This document shows positions 17,389 to 27,487 of a stretch of 64,000 nucleotides of DNA, in pieces. Where the stretch lies: the IMG/VR virus record IMGVR_UViG_3300011115_000879, positions 32,001 through 96,000 of that record; one strand, written 5' to 3'. A model generated the notes under the pieces. It searched no databases. It had not been told where the DNA came from and saw only the letters and a list, made by a program, of their open reading frames with translations. The stretch comes from a virus. The translations under genes were made by a program, and so were the position numbers. How positions within the stretch are numbered: the stretch's first letter is position 1; each line of letters begins with the position of its first letter.

Positions 17389-17574
17389 ATGACTAGAAGA
17401 CAAAAATTGATAAAATTATTGGGTACTATACTTATAATTGTACTTCATAATTATATAATGAGGGTAAAAGGTATAGATTCATTTCAATTTATATCTTTCT
17501 TTGCACTACATTTTTTATGGTGTGAAAGTTGGAGTGTATATACGGAGAGGAAAAGGGAAGAAGTAGTCGGCTAG
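17389..17574 (+). CDS. Small membrane protein
   Basis: Hydrophobic ORF. Confidence 0.5.
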   Translation: MTRRQKLIKLLGTILIIVLHNYIMRVKGIDSFQFISFFALHFLWCESWSVYTERKREEVVG

Positions 17575-17613
17575 TTTTAGGTTTTTGTATTTGTAATATA
17601 TTTATCATCAGCA

Positions 17614-18174
17614 ATGAGTCATTACAAGATCAAATTAGAAGATAAAGCTGCATTTTTAAATCGTCTTGAAAAACAAGACATTCATATTGGTAGCTATGAT
17701 ATAACTGATAATAAGTATGAAGGTTACTTCGAAGTTGATATTGAAGATGAATATGCTAATAAAATTATAAAATCTATTTTAAACAAATCCCCTAAAATAA
17801 ACACAATTAAAGAAATGAGACAACAAATAACTAAAACTCAATTGAAACAAATTATTCGCGAAGAATTGGGTAAAATGAAAAAAATTAATGAGTACGATGA
17901 AACAAATAGTGGTACAGTTGGTCTAGGGTTTTGGGCTCTAGATAATTATCCATGGATTAAAGATGCTCTAGGTACTAGTGATGCAGAACAAATAGGTGAT
18001 GCTTTAATTATGATGGCTTCTTTTGTTCCAGTAGTAGGTGGTGGTATAGCAGGAGTAATTGCGACTATTAGAAATGCTAGAAAAGCTAAAAAACAAGCTG
18101 GCGGTGCAATAGCAGAAAATGAAGGGGATGGAGAATTAGCAGATATTGTTGCTAAAATTAAGTTTCCTAAATAA
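17614..18174 (+). CDS. Putative virion/head-internal protein
   Basis: Late motif upstream; LKQIIREEL..INE segment. Confidence 0.6.
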   Translation: MSHYKIKLEDKAAFLNRLEKQDIHIGSYDITDNKYEGYFEVDIEDEYANKIIKSILNKSPKINTIKEMRQQITKTQLKQIIREELGKMKKINEYDETNSGTVGLGFWALDNYPWIKDALGTSDAEQIGDALIMMASFVPVVGGGIAGVIATIRNARKAKKQAGGAIAENEGDGELADIVAKIKFPK

Positions 18175-18198
18175 TTACTAATACGTTTAATATAATTT

Positions 18199-18232
18199 TA
18201 GGGCAGCTCGAAAGAGTTGCCCTATTCTATTT
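18199..18232 (+). terminator. Intrinsic terminator
   Basis: TAGGGCAGCTC-GAAA-GAGTTGCCCTA plus T-rich tail. Confidence 0.75.
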
Positions 18233-18365
18233 GGATGTCAGAATTTTCTCCACTAACTTAATATTACAAGCGGTTTGAATAAAATGTTTGAGAGAAGAAA
18301 GGAAGAAGAGAGAAAATAAATAATGGAAACATAAAGAATCGTATATTTATATATAAACATATATT

Positions 18366-18566
18366 ATGAGATATAAAAACAACGTCTTAGATAAACTACA
18401 AGCGACGGATACTGCTGTTAATCGTATTAAGATACAAGTAAATAGAAATGTAAGTCAAGATGAAATTCTTGAATCTATTGAAACATTAAAAGAAACATTA
18501 GAACAAATTAGAGAAATAATTTCCGTTGAACCGGATGATTTTGATCAACAATTTAGACCTCAATAA
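18366..18566 (+). CDS. Hypothetical protein
   Basis: ORF after ATATTTAT. Confidence 0.7.
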   Translation: MRYKNNVLDKLQATDTAVNRIKIQVNRNVSQDEILESIETLKETLEQIREIISVEPDDFDQQFRPQ

Positions 18567-18572
18567 GAAAAT

Positions 18573-18848
18573 ATGCAAATAATGTTATGGGTAGTATTAG
18601 TACATATTATTGAAATAATTGGTATTGCTGGTTATTTAATAATTAGAAAAAATACTAAATTAGAAAAAGCATTAGTAAATCAACAACAATATATAGATGC
18701 TATTAGTATTGTTATTAACGATTCTAATACTGTCATTCAGGAATTAGATAATAGAGGTGCTTTTGAATCAGACGATGAAGTAGGTACATTCTTTAGGAAT
18801 ATAAAAGAAATTCAAACTATCTTAAATCAATTTAATAATAAAAATTAA
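18573..18848 (+). CDS. Membrane-anchored protein
   Basis: N-terminal TM; FESDDEVG motif. Confidence 0.7.
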   Translation: MQIMLWVVLVHIIEIIGIAGYLIIRKNTKLEKALVNQQQYIDAISIVINDSNTVIQELDNRGAFESDDEVGTFFRNIKEIQTILNQFNNKN

Positions 18849-18898
18849 TTTGGTTACGTTATTTCCTGTTATTATATTGTCAATAAACAATTAATAAT

Positions 18899-19678
18899 AT
18901 GTCATATTACGAAGAAGACGTAAACGTATTTCTAGATAATGAATTTGGAACAGTAGCATTAAATAAACGTGGACAACCTCGTCAACGTAGACCAAAAGAA
19001 CCTCGTATTTATTTTACTGAGGATACTGATAATGCAATTATTGAATATCTAGACTCCTCAGATCAATCATTTCGTAATCAGCTTTATAGGGAGCGTATTG
19101 AGTACGCTTTCTATAAATTAGCTGAAAATATAATCCATACATTCAAATTTTATTATACTGACTCAGATACTATTGAGGAATTAAAACATGAAGTAGTAAC
19201 GTTTCTACTTGAGAAACTTCACTTATACGATCAATCTAAAGGTAAAGCATTTTCTTACTTCGGCACTATTGCCAAACGCTACCTAATCGTTTATAATAAT
19301 AATAATTATAAAAAGCTTCAGGAACATGCTGAAGTAGAGGAAATAGATGACGATAAAGTTATTTTATACGATACTATCCGTACAGCAGAAGAACAAGAAG
19401 ATCCAAATACATTTATAGATCAGTACATACGATACGTAGATAAGTATTTATATAATATATTTCCTAAATCTCAAGATGCTAAAACAGCAGATGCTATTAT
19501 GGAATTATTTCGTAAACGTGAAACATTAGATATATTTAATAAAAAAGCATTATATATCTATATTCGTGAAATTACGGATACTACAACTCCTCAAATTACT
19601 AAAGTAACTAAAAAACTAGATAGTTTACGTACTAAATTATATAATGAATATTACCAACACGGATATATAAGAAATTAA
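18899..19678 (+). CDS. Phage RNA polymerase sigma factor (T4 gp55-like, region 2)
   Basis: KLAENII..F.Y..E.....LEKLHLYD.SKGKAFSYFGTIAKR resembles sigma region 2 of late sigma factors. Confidence 0.7.
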   Translation: MSYYEEDVNVFLDNEFGTVALNKRGQPRQRRPKEPRIYFTEDTDNAIIEYLDSSDQSFRNQLYRERIEYAFYKLAENIIHTFKFYYTDSDTIEELKHEVVTFLLEKLHLYDQSKGKAFSYFGTIAKRYLIVYNNNNYKKLQEHAEVEEIDDDKVILYDTIRTAEEQEDPNTFIDQYIRYVDKYLYNIFPKSQDAKTADAIMELFRKRETLDIFNKKALYIYIREITDTTTPQITKVTKKLDSLRTKLYNEYYQHGYIRN

Positions 19679-19707
19679 GTACGTATATTTATTAATAAAC
19701 GCAATTT

Positions 19708-20100
19708 ATGGCTAATTTTGATGACGTTACCCTATTCGGTAGCACGTCATTATCCGATTTATTTAAACAAATTCATAGAAATAATAAGGATACTGATAAA
19801 CAAATTAATGAATTGATTGATGCTCTTAAACCATTAGCATCATCTAATGCTGGTTCTGCAGTAATGTTAATGCCTACTGTTAAAGATTTAATTGATGTTA
19901 ATGTAAAAAATAATGATCAATTAATTAAGATGGCAGGTATAGCACAACGTGCATCAACAGCTAATAATAATAATGCAGATTCTTTCTTTAATCCTGATGA
20001 AATGCAATTATTATTAGAAGAACAACGCGCTATACAAATTGAAGGAAATAAATTACTAGAACAAACTGAAACTATACAACACCAAATTGAAAATAAATGA
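19708..20100 (+). CDS. Conserved-looking helical protein, function unknown
   Basis: ORF after late motif. Confidence 0.7.
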   Translation: MANFDDVTLFGSTSLSDLFKQIHRNNKDTDKQINELIDALKPLASSNAGSAVMLMPTVKDLIDVNVKNNDQLIKMAGIAQRASTANNNNADSFFNPDEMQLLLEEQRAIQIEGNKLLEQTETIQHQIENK

Positions 20101-21260
20101 GAATAAGAGAAAATTTAGGTGGGTTATTAGTAGCAACTAGTAAAAAATCTCAAATTCCTGTTATTAAACCCCAAATGGGTAAAGTATTTGGAGTAATTAC
20201 TACCGAAAATACACCTACTAAAGAATTATTTGATAATAATGGTGGATGGAAATCTATAGGTACTATATTTTATCAAGATTATAGTCAATATAAAAATATA
20301 GATACTACTGATTTAACTAAATGTAAAATAGCTAAACCACTTCATGCTAGTAATCAAAATTATCCTTTAGTAGGAGAAATAGTTCAACTTATAGATTCAG
20401 TTGCTCCTACTAGTCAAGTAAGTAATACTGCAATTCAAAAATATTATACTAACGTTATTAATTTATGGAATAGTGGACAACAAAATGCACCATCCGGAGA
20501 TAGTTTAGGTAAAACATTTTCTGAAAATGCTGATGTTAGAAATTTAATTTCATTTGAAGGAGATAGAATATATCAAGGTAGAAAAGGAAATGGTATACGT
20601 TTTGGAAGTACAGTAAAATCCCATTCAGATATAAATGAATGGAGTGATTTAGGAAATGATGGAGATCCAATTACTATATTAGTAAATGGATATGTAACTA
20701 CAAATAAAAAATCATTAGTACCTAATGTTGAAGAAATAGATAAAGAAATGTCATCAATTTATATGACATCTACTCAACAAATTCATCTAACACCAGATAT
20801 AATTACTACTTTAAATCCATTAACACAACCTAAATTTCCAAATGTTTATAAAAATGGATCTCAAATAATATTAAATAGCGATAGAGTTACTTTAAATTCT
20901 AAAAAAGATGAAGTAATGATATTTGCTAAAACAAATATTGAACTTAATACTAATAATATTATAAATCACAATGCTGGAAGGAGAGTACATTTAAATTCTC
21001 CTATAATATGGTTAGGAACTAAATCTGATAATACACAACCAACAGAACCTTTATTATTAGGAAATAAAACAACAGAATTATTTAGACAACTTATAAGTGT
21101 ATTATCAACATTAGGTACAGACTTAATATCAGTTGTAACTCCTTTACCAGGTGCTCCTTTAGTAGGAGTAAATGTTGCTGGAACTAAATTAGCCTCTAGC
21201 TTATCTACACTACAAGATTTACTTAAAGATATTACTTCAAAAAATAATTTTACTATATAA
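20097..21260 (+). CDS. Baseplate hub/spike protein (gp5/Vgr-like, no lysozyme domain)
   Basis: YPLVGE OB-fold-like motif, EGD..QGR.GN.IRF, C-terminal beta-rich repeats and LGN; upstream of gp25/gp6. Confidence 0.6.
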   Translation: MRIRENLGGLLVATSKKSQIPVIKPQMGKVFGVITTENTPTKELFDNNGGWKSIGTIFYQDYSQYKNIDTTDLTKCKIAKPLHASNQNYPLVGEIVQLIDSVAPTSQVSNTAIQKYYTNVINLWNSGQQNAPSGDSLGKTFSENADVRNLISFEGDRIYQGRKGNGIRFGSTVKSHSDINEWSDLGNDGDPITILVNGYVTTNKKSLVPNVEEIDKEMSSIYMTSTQQIHLTPDIITTLNPLTQPKFPNVYKNGSQIILNSDRVTLNSKKDEVMIFAKTNIELNTNNIINHNAGRRVHLNSPIIWLGTKSDNTQPTEPLLLGNKTTELFRQLISVLSTLGTDLISVVTPLPGAPLVGVNVAGTKLASSLSTLQDLLKDITSKNNFTI

Positions 21261-22744
21261 TGATTACATACACATATGAAGTTTTTGAAGATAAAGATTA
21301 TAGATGGGTAAAAGTTTATGATAAAGATAATAAAATATGGTTTGATGGATATGATGACAAACAATTTAAAAATTCTATTGAAGGAGCATTTGATGTTAGT
21401 ATAGTACGATATACTAGGGATTTATTAATTAATTTTAGTAAAACAGATAAAACAAAGGAAGCTATTAGTAAAATGACTAATAGAAGAACAGATCAACCTG
21501 AATATAATAACCAAGCTGCTACTAAAGAACAAATAAAAAAACCAGAAGAACAAACAAAAAAACCAGAAGAACAAACAAATTCATCTTCTTCTACATACAC
21601 ATATGAAATTTTTGAAGATAAAGATTATAGATGGGTAAAAGTTTATAAAAAAAATGAATTATTTCGCGATGGATATACTGCTAAAGAATTTATACTTGGA
21701 AATTTTGAAGCATTACCAACTAGTATAGTAAGAAGAGCTAGAGATTGGATAATTGATTTTGATAATAAATTCACAAAAAAAGAAAAAGAAGCTATTAGTA
21801 AAATGACTAATAGAAGAACAGATCAACCCGAATTTAATAATAAAGCCCCTGTCAAAGAACCCCCAGAATCTAAAAAAGATATTCCTGCTAACGATTTAAA
21901 ACCAGCAAAAGAAGAAAAAAAGAAAATAACTTCTAAAATAAAAAAAGATAAAGATAAAACTAAATTAGATACTTCTAAAGCTAATACTCAACGAAATATA
22001 CAAGTAATTAAAGCACCCCAACCACCTGATAAAAAAATAGCAATAATATTATCTAGTATATTATTAGCAGCATTACTTAAAATATTAGCAGAGCAAAAAT
22101 CTAAACTACAAGATTTAGTAGTAAAAACAAATATTATAGTAGATAAAGCTAATACAACTGATCAAGTAATTCAAGCAATAACTTTAAAAAATGCCGCTTT
22201 ATCTGTAATAAGTAGTCAAGAAAATAAACTACAAGCTATAAATAAACAACTTGAAGTAATAAATACTATATTAGAATTATTAAGTATTATAATATCCATA
22301 TTAACACCATTAATAACTTTAAATCCTGGATTAAAGATAGTTATCGATAAAATTAAAGCTATAATAGATGCTATAAAATCAATGTTAGCTATATTAATTC
22401 CTATATTTCAACAAGCAATTGGTGATTTAGAAGATTTAAAAGCTCAACTACGTGATGCCATATTAAAAATAGATACAACTGCAGCTGCTACTATACCTAA
22501 TCTTAATAATAATATTACTTTTGGAACTAATTCTAATATTAATCCATATAAGAATTTTACATTTGCTTTAAAAGAAGAAGACAATCCTAAATTTAATGTA
22601 AGAGGTAATAAGCGCCATTATGCCGTAGCAATTAATCGTAATGGAACAGAAATAGTAAAAAGTGATTATTCATTCACACAAGATCCAAATGACTTAATAG
22701 AACAACTTAAACTTATTATAGATCAACAAAATTTACAAGGCTAA
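21260..22744 (+). CDS. Baseplate-region protein with N-terminal tandem duplication
   Basis: TYTYE.FEDKDYRWVKVY..KEAISKMTNRRTDQPE.NN occurs twice; helical C-terminal half. Confidence 0.7.
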   Translation: MITYTYEVFEDKDYRWVKVYDKDNKIWFDGYDDKQFKNSIEGAFDVSIVRYTRDLLINFSKTDKTKEAISKMTNRRTDQPEYNNQAATKEQIKKPEEQTKKPEEQTNSSSSTYTYEIFEDKDYRWVKVYKKNELFRDGYTAKEFILGNFEALPTSIVRRARDWIIDFDNKFTKKEKEAISKMTNRRTDQPEFNNKAPVKEPPESKKDIPANDLKPAKEEKKKITSKIKKDKDKTKLDTSKANTQRNIQVIKAPQPPDKKIAIILSSILLAALLKILAEQKSKLQDLVVKTNIIVDKANTTDQVIQAITLKNAALSVISSQENKLQAINKQLEVINTILELLSIIISILTPLITLNPGLKIVIDKIKAIIDAIKSMLAILIPIFQQAIGDLEDLKAQLRDAILKIDTTAAATIPNLNNNITFGTNSNINPYKNFTFALKEEDNPKFNVRGNKRHYAVAINRNGTEIVKSDYSFTQDPNDLIEQLKLIIDQQNLQG

Positions 22745-22756
22745 ATATTTATACAC

Positions 22757-23122
22757 ATGAACGTTAAATTATTTAAAAAACTAATTAAAGACGCAGTAAC
22801 TGAAGCTCTATATGAAGATCTACCAGATATTATTAGCGAAGTATTAGCTAAGCAAAATAAACAACAGCTTAGTGAAAATAGAACAATGAGTTTTACTAGC
22901 GCTAATGTAGCTCCATTATCTGGAGATGTACGTAATTCATTAATGACTAAAATGGGAGCTGAATTTGGTTTTCAACAACCACAACAATCTACTAAATTAG
23001 AAGTAATTGATGCTGTTGATGAAGCAACAGGAGAAAGAGTAAATCCATATTTAGCATTTCTAAATGACTCAGCAGCTAATATGTCTCATGCTGATAGATC
23101 AGGATTAAGAAATTTAGATTAA
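22757..23122 (+). CDS. Hypothetical late protein
   Basis: Late motif; FKKLIKDAVTE leader. Confidence 0.7.
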   Translation: MNVKLFKKLIKDAVTEALYEDLPDIISEVLAKQNKQQLSENRTMSFTSANVAPLSGDVRNSLMTKMGAEFGFQQPQQSTKLEVIDAVDEATGERVNPYLAFLNDSAANMSHADRSGLRNLD

Positions 23123-23123
23123 T

Positions 23124-23537
23124 ATGCCTATACCTACTACCGTACGTGTTAATCCCTTAGATTTGCGAAAAAATATCGCAATTGGGGTATCTCTTCCCTT
23201 TAATGGCCCTTCAGGACCATTTAATAGTACATATAGTACTCAAGATCAAATTAAATCTAATTTAATTAATTTAATACTTACTAATAAAGGTGAAAGAGTA
23301 TTTAATCCTGAATTTGGTTTAGGACTTAGAGATATATTATTCGAAGGTATTACAGATGATATAGTACCTATTATACAGGATTTAATTGTAACAGGTACTA
23401 ATATGTTTATTCCCGAAATAATAATAGTAGAAACTATAGTAGATTTAAATAAAGATGATAATAGTATATCTATAACCGTTAATTATAGATTAAAAATTTC
23501 AGGAACAGCAGATCAAATTACAGTACAATTTATATAA
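23124..23537 (+). CDS. gp25: Baseplate wedge protein, gp25/GPW family
   Basis: IKSNLINLILTNKGERVFNPEFG motif. Confidence 0.9.
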   Translation: MPIPTTVRVNPLDLRKNIAIGVSLPFNGPSGPFNSTYSTQDQIKSNLINLILTNKGERVFNPEFGLGLRDILFEGITDDIVPIIQDLIVTGTNMFIPEIIIVETIVDLNKDDNSISITVNYRLKISGTADQITVQFI

Positions 23538-23539
23538 AA

Positions 23540-25378
23540 ATGGCAGATAATAAAATATCATATTTAAATAAGACATTTAGTGATTTTAAGACAAATCTTG
23601 TAAATTACACCAAAACATATTTCCCTAATTCATATAATGATTTTTCAGATGCTAATCCAGGAGCAATATTCATTGAATTAGCTTCATATATAGGTGATGT
23701 AACATCATTTTATACTGATACTCAAATACAAGAAAATTTCTTATTATATGCTAAAGAGCGAGAAAATTTATTTGCATTATCTTATGGTTTAGGTTATTCT
23801 CCTAAAGTATCATACGCCTCAAACGTAGTAGTAGATATATTTCAACTTATACCTTCTTCAGGAAGTATAATAAGTGTTCCTGATTTAAGATATGGTATGA
23901 TTATACCGGAAAATACAATAATAACATCCATAAGTACTGGTACTAAATTTTTAACCATTGATAAAGTAAATTTTACAGATTCTACTGATACTGAAGTAAC
24001 ATATATAGATACAAACTACTTTTTACTTAAAAAATCAATTACTGCTATTTCGGCTGAAATTAAATCTACTACATTACAATTTAGTACACCACAAAAATTT
24101 CAAATAGCAACTATTAGTGATACTAATATATTACAAATACTAGATGCAACTGATGCTAGTAATAATAAATGGTATGAAGTACCATACTTAGCCCAATCCT
24201 CAATATTAACATCTATAGCTAATCCAACATCCGGAAGTGATGGTGTCCCATATTTAGTTAATTATACTAAAGTACCTCGCCGCTATGTTTCAAGATTCTT
24301 ATCAGACGATACATTGCAATTAGAATTTGGAGCTGGAGTAGCTAATGCATCTGATGGTACATTATTACCTAATCCTGATAATATACAATTAGGATTAATA
24401 CCGGGTATATCTAATTTATTAACTGGGTATAATAAAGCTAATGTATTCTTTACACAAGAGTATGGTTTAGCTCCAAGTAGTAATATTACTGTTAGATATC
24501 TTGTAGGCGGTGGAGTAACAGCTAATATATCATCAAATGACTTAACTTCAATTAATACATCAGGGGTTTATTTTCCTAGTGGAATAACAGGAGCATTAGC
24601 AGATCAAATTAAAGCTAGTATAGCTTCAACTAATCCAGGAGCTGCTTCAGGTGGTAGAGGTGCTGATGAAGTTGAAGAAATACGCAATAATGCCTTATAT
24701 GCATATCAATCACAATTACGTGCTGTAACCAGAGAAGATTATATTGTTAGAGCATTATCATTACCTGCTAATTATGGTAATGTTGCTAAAGTATATGTTA
24801 CTCAAGATGTAGCTCAAGAAATGATACCTACATCAACTGTATCTACTACTGAAATGCGTAACCCACTATCATTAGATATGTATGTATTAGCTTATGACAA
24901 TAATAAAAAATTAACAACAGCTACTAATACATTAAAATCTAACTTAGCTACTTATATTAATCAATATAGAATGGTTACTGATGCGGTTAATATTAAAGAT
25001 GCATTTTATATTAATATAGGTGTAGACTTTGATATTACTGTACAGAGAGATTATAATAATAGTGATGTTGTAACTAATTGTATCCTATCTTTACAAAATT
25101 ATTTTGACATAGATAAATGGACAATTAATCAACCTATATCTATATCTGATATTATTTCTAATTTAGTAAAAGTAAAAGGAGTACAATCTGTAGTTAAAAT
25201 TGAGATAACTAATAAACAAGGAGGAAATTATTCTCCATATGCATATGATATATCAGGGGCAACTAGACAAAATAATATATATCCTTCAATCGATCCTAGT
25301 ATATTTGAAGTTAGATATCCTAACACTGATATACAGGGTAGAGTTTTAGGTTTAGGAAGTACTACTCTAGTATGTTAA
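23540..25378 (+). CDS. gp6: Baseplate wedge protein, T4 gp6/baseplate J-like
   Basis: YNDFS..PG..IEL.SY.GD, FG.G, GG...E..EEIR, RAVT.EDY. Confidence 0.85.
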   Translation: MADNKISYLNKTFSDFKTNLVNYTKTYFPNSYNDFSDANPGAIFIELASYIGDVTSFYTDTQIQENFLLYAKERENLFALSYGLGYSPKVSYASNVVVDIFQLIPSSGSIISVPDLRYGMIIPENTIITSISTGTKFLTIDKVNFTDSTDTEVTYIDTNYFLLKKSITAISAEIKSTTLQFSTPQKFQIATISDTNILQILDATDASNNKWYEVPYLAQSSILTSIANPTSGSDGVPYLVNYTKVPRRYVSRFLSDDTLQLEFGAGVANASDGTLLPNPDNIQLGLIPGISNLLTGYNKANVFFTQEYGLAPSSNITVRYLVGGGVTANISSNDLTSINTSGVYFPSGITGALADQIKASIASTNPGAASGGRGADEVEEIRNNALYAYQSQLRAVTREDYIVRALSLPANYGNVAKVYVTQDVAQEMIPTSTVSTTEMRNPLSLDMYVLAYDNNKKLTTATNTLKSNLATYINQYRMVTDAVNIKDAFYINIGVDFDITVQRDYNNSDVVTNCILSLQNYFDIDKWTINQPISISDIISNLVKVKGVQSVVKIEITNKQGGNYSPYAYDISGATRQNNIYPSIDPSIFEVRYPNTDIQGRVLGLGSTTLVC

Positions 25379-25407
25379 ATATTAATCTTAGATAAAAATA
25401 AAGTAAA

Positions 25408-26007
25408 ATGAACCTAGAAAAACTAAAAGGACACATTCCCGATAGCGTTATAGCAATGCTACCAGATACAATCGCAAAATTTGAATTAAATACTCCACTC
25501 CGCCTAGCACACTTCCTAGCTCAAGCAGGACATGAGTCAGGTGGCTTCAAAGCAGTAAACGAAAATTTAAACTATGGAGCTAAAGGTTTACGCGGTATCT
25601 TTGGTAAATACTTTCCAACAGATGCTAAAGCAGCTTTGTACGAACGCAAGCCAGAAAAGATAGCTAACCTAGTCTATGGTGGTAGAATGGGTAACGGAGT
25701 AGAAGCTACAGGAGAGGGTTGGAAATTTAGAGGAAGAGGTTATATTCAATTAACAGGTAAAGATAACTATACTGCTTTTGATAAGGTAGTAGAAGAGAAC
25801 ATACTTGAACAACCTGACTTGGTTGCTACTAAGTACCCAGTATTATCTGCAGCTTGGTTCTTTCATAAAAATGGCTTACATAAGATAGCGGACGGTGGTG
25901 CTACAGATGCTGTAGTTACTTCTGTGACGAAGAGAGTTAATGGCGGTACTATTGGTTTACCTGATCGTATTAAACATTTTAAAGAATATTACTCATTATT
26001 GGCTTAA
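25408..26007 (+). CDS. Glycoside hydrolase family 19 endolysin
   Basis: FLAQ.GHES, ENLNY, RGRGYIQLTG..NY, VNGG..GL.DR. Confidence 0.92.
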   Translation: MNLEKLKGHIPDSVIAMLPDTIAKFELNTPLRLAHFLAQAGHESGGFKAVNENLNYGAKGLRGIFGKYFPTDAKAALYERKPEKIANLVYGGRMGNGVEATGEGWKFRGRGYIQLTGKDNYTAFDKVVEENILEQPDLVATKYPVLSAAWFFHKNGLHKIADGGATDAVVTSVTKRVNGGTIGLPDRIKHFKEYYSLLA

Positions 26008-26051
26008 GAAATAATAATCTGTCATATTTATATGTAGTAACTATATAAAAT

Positions 26052-27158
26052 ATGTCAGTATATAAAATATTTCCTGAGAAAAGTGCTACGCTCTATTCAT
26101 ATTATCCAACCCTAAATACAGGGATTGATGAAATACTAGAGCTTAGCACATTTCAGTCTATTACAAGCACAAACGAGGTATCGCGAATATTAATTAAATT
26201 TCCATCTGCCGATATTAATACTATATTTAGTAAAGTATCATCATCTGCTTTTGATTGTTATTTAAAATTATGGAATGCCGATTCATCCCAATTACCTTTT
26301 AATTATACTATACAAGTACATCCTTTAGCAGCTGATTGGAATATTGGTACAGGTAGATTAGCTAATTCACCTATTACTACAGATGGAGTTAGTTGGCAAT
26401 ATGTTGATCAATTAGGAGGAAATCCATGGTCTACTTATGCAATATCTGGAGTAACAAGTTCATACCAATCTGGTAGTAATATAGGTGGTGGATTATGGTA
26501 TACTGCTTCTAATTATGAAGCTACTCAATCTTTTACTCACACATCTACAACAGATAATGATATTGAATTAAGAGTAACTAATACAGTAGCTGCATGGTCT
26601 GGTAGTATAATACCTAATTATGGTTTTATATTAAAACATACTAGCTCAATTGAATTTACTACAGCGTCTAAATTCGAAACTAAATACTTTTCTTCTAATA
26701 CTCATACAATTTATCCCCCATGCTTAGAAATAAGATGGGATGATTCAATATATAATACAGGTTCACTATCAGTATTAGATTCAGATCTATATATTACTAG
26801 TATAGGTAATAATAAAGGAGAATACCAACAAGATTCAGTACAACGTTTTAGAATTAAAGCTAGATCTAAATTTCCACCAAGAACCTTTACTACTAGTTCA
26901 TTTTCATTTGCTTTAGTAAATTATGCTTTACCTTCTTCTTCATATTGGTCAATAAAAGATTTGGATACCGATGAAATAGTCGTAGATTACGACACATCAT
27001 ATACAAAAATTAGTTGTGATTCTAATAGTAGTTATTTTGATATCTATATGAATGGACTAGAACCAGAAAGATATTATAAATTATTATTTAAAACTATATT
27101 ACCTAATGGTGAAACAATAATATTTGATGAAAATTACTATTTTAAAGTTAAACGATAA
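26052..27158 (+). CDS. Virion structural protein (tail/baseplate)
   Basis: Ser/Thr-rich beta protein in tail cluster. Confidence 0.65.
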   Translation: MSVYKIFPEKSATLYSYYPTLNTGIDEILELSTFQSITSTNEVSRILIKFPSADINTIFSKVSSSAFDCYLKLWNADSSQLPFNYTIQVHPLAADWNIGTGRLANSPITTDGVSWQYVDQLGGNPWSTYAISGVTSSYQSGSNIGGGLWYTASNYEATQSFTHTSTTDNDIELRVTNTVAAWSGSIIPNYGFILKHTSSIEFTTASKFETKYFSSNTHTIYPPCLEIRWDDSIYNTGSLSVLDSDLYITSIGNNKGEYQQDSVQRFRIKARSKFPPRTFTTSSFSFALVNYALPSSSYWSIKDLDTDEIVVDYDTSYTKISCDSNSSYFDIYMNGLEPERYYKLLFKTILPNGETIIFDENYYFKVKR

Positions 27159-27487
27159 TGTCTCAAATTCCTATAGAAAAACAAGTATTTGATAAAAATA
27201 CATTTGGTAGAGTAATTGATACTCAATTTAATCAACTATTAACAAAAGGAACTACTGAGGTTACTGTAGATGATTTCTTTATATTATATGATCAATTATT
27301 TTATCAAATTCCTGAAGAAGGAGACACAGATTCACATAGATTTATATTAGAAAGAGAAGCAGAATATCTAGGGGTTATAATTAATCAAGACGATATACAA
27401 GCGTTACTAGATGAAATAACATCGTTAAGACAACAGGTATTAGATACTCAAACTATACTTAGTGATCTAAGTAAAACAATTAAATAA
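27158..27487 (+). CDS. Putative structural protein
   Basis: TAATG-coupled within tail cluster. Confidence 0.65.
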   Translation: MSQIPIEKQVFDKNTFGRVIDTQFNQLLTKGTTEVTVDDFFILYDQLFYQIPEEGDTDSHRFILEREAEYLGVIINQDDIQALLDEITSLRQQVLDTQTILSDLSKTIK

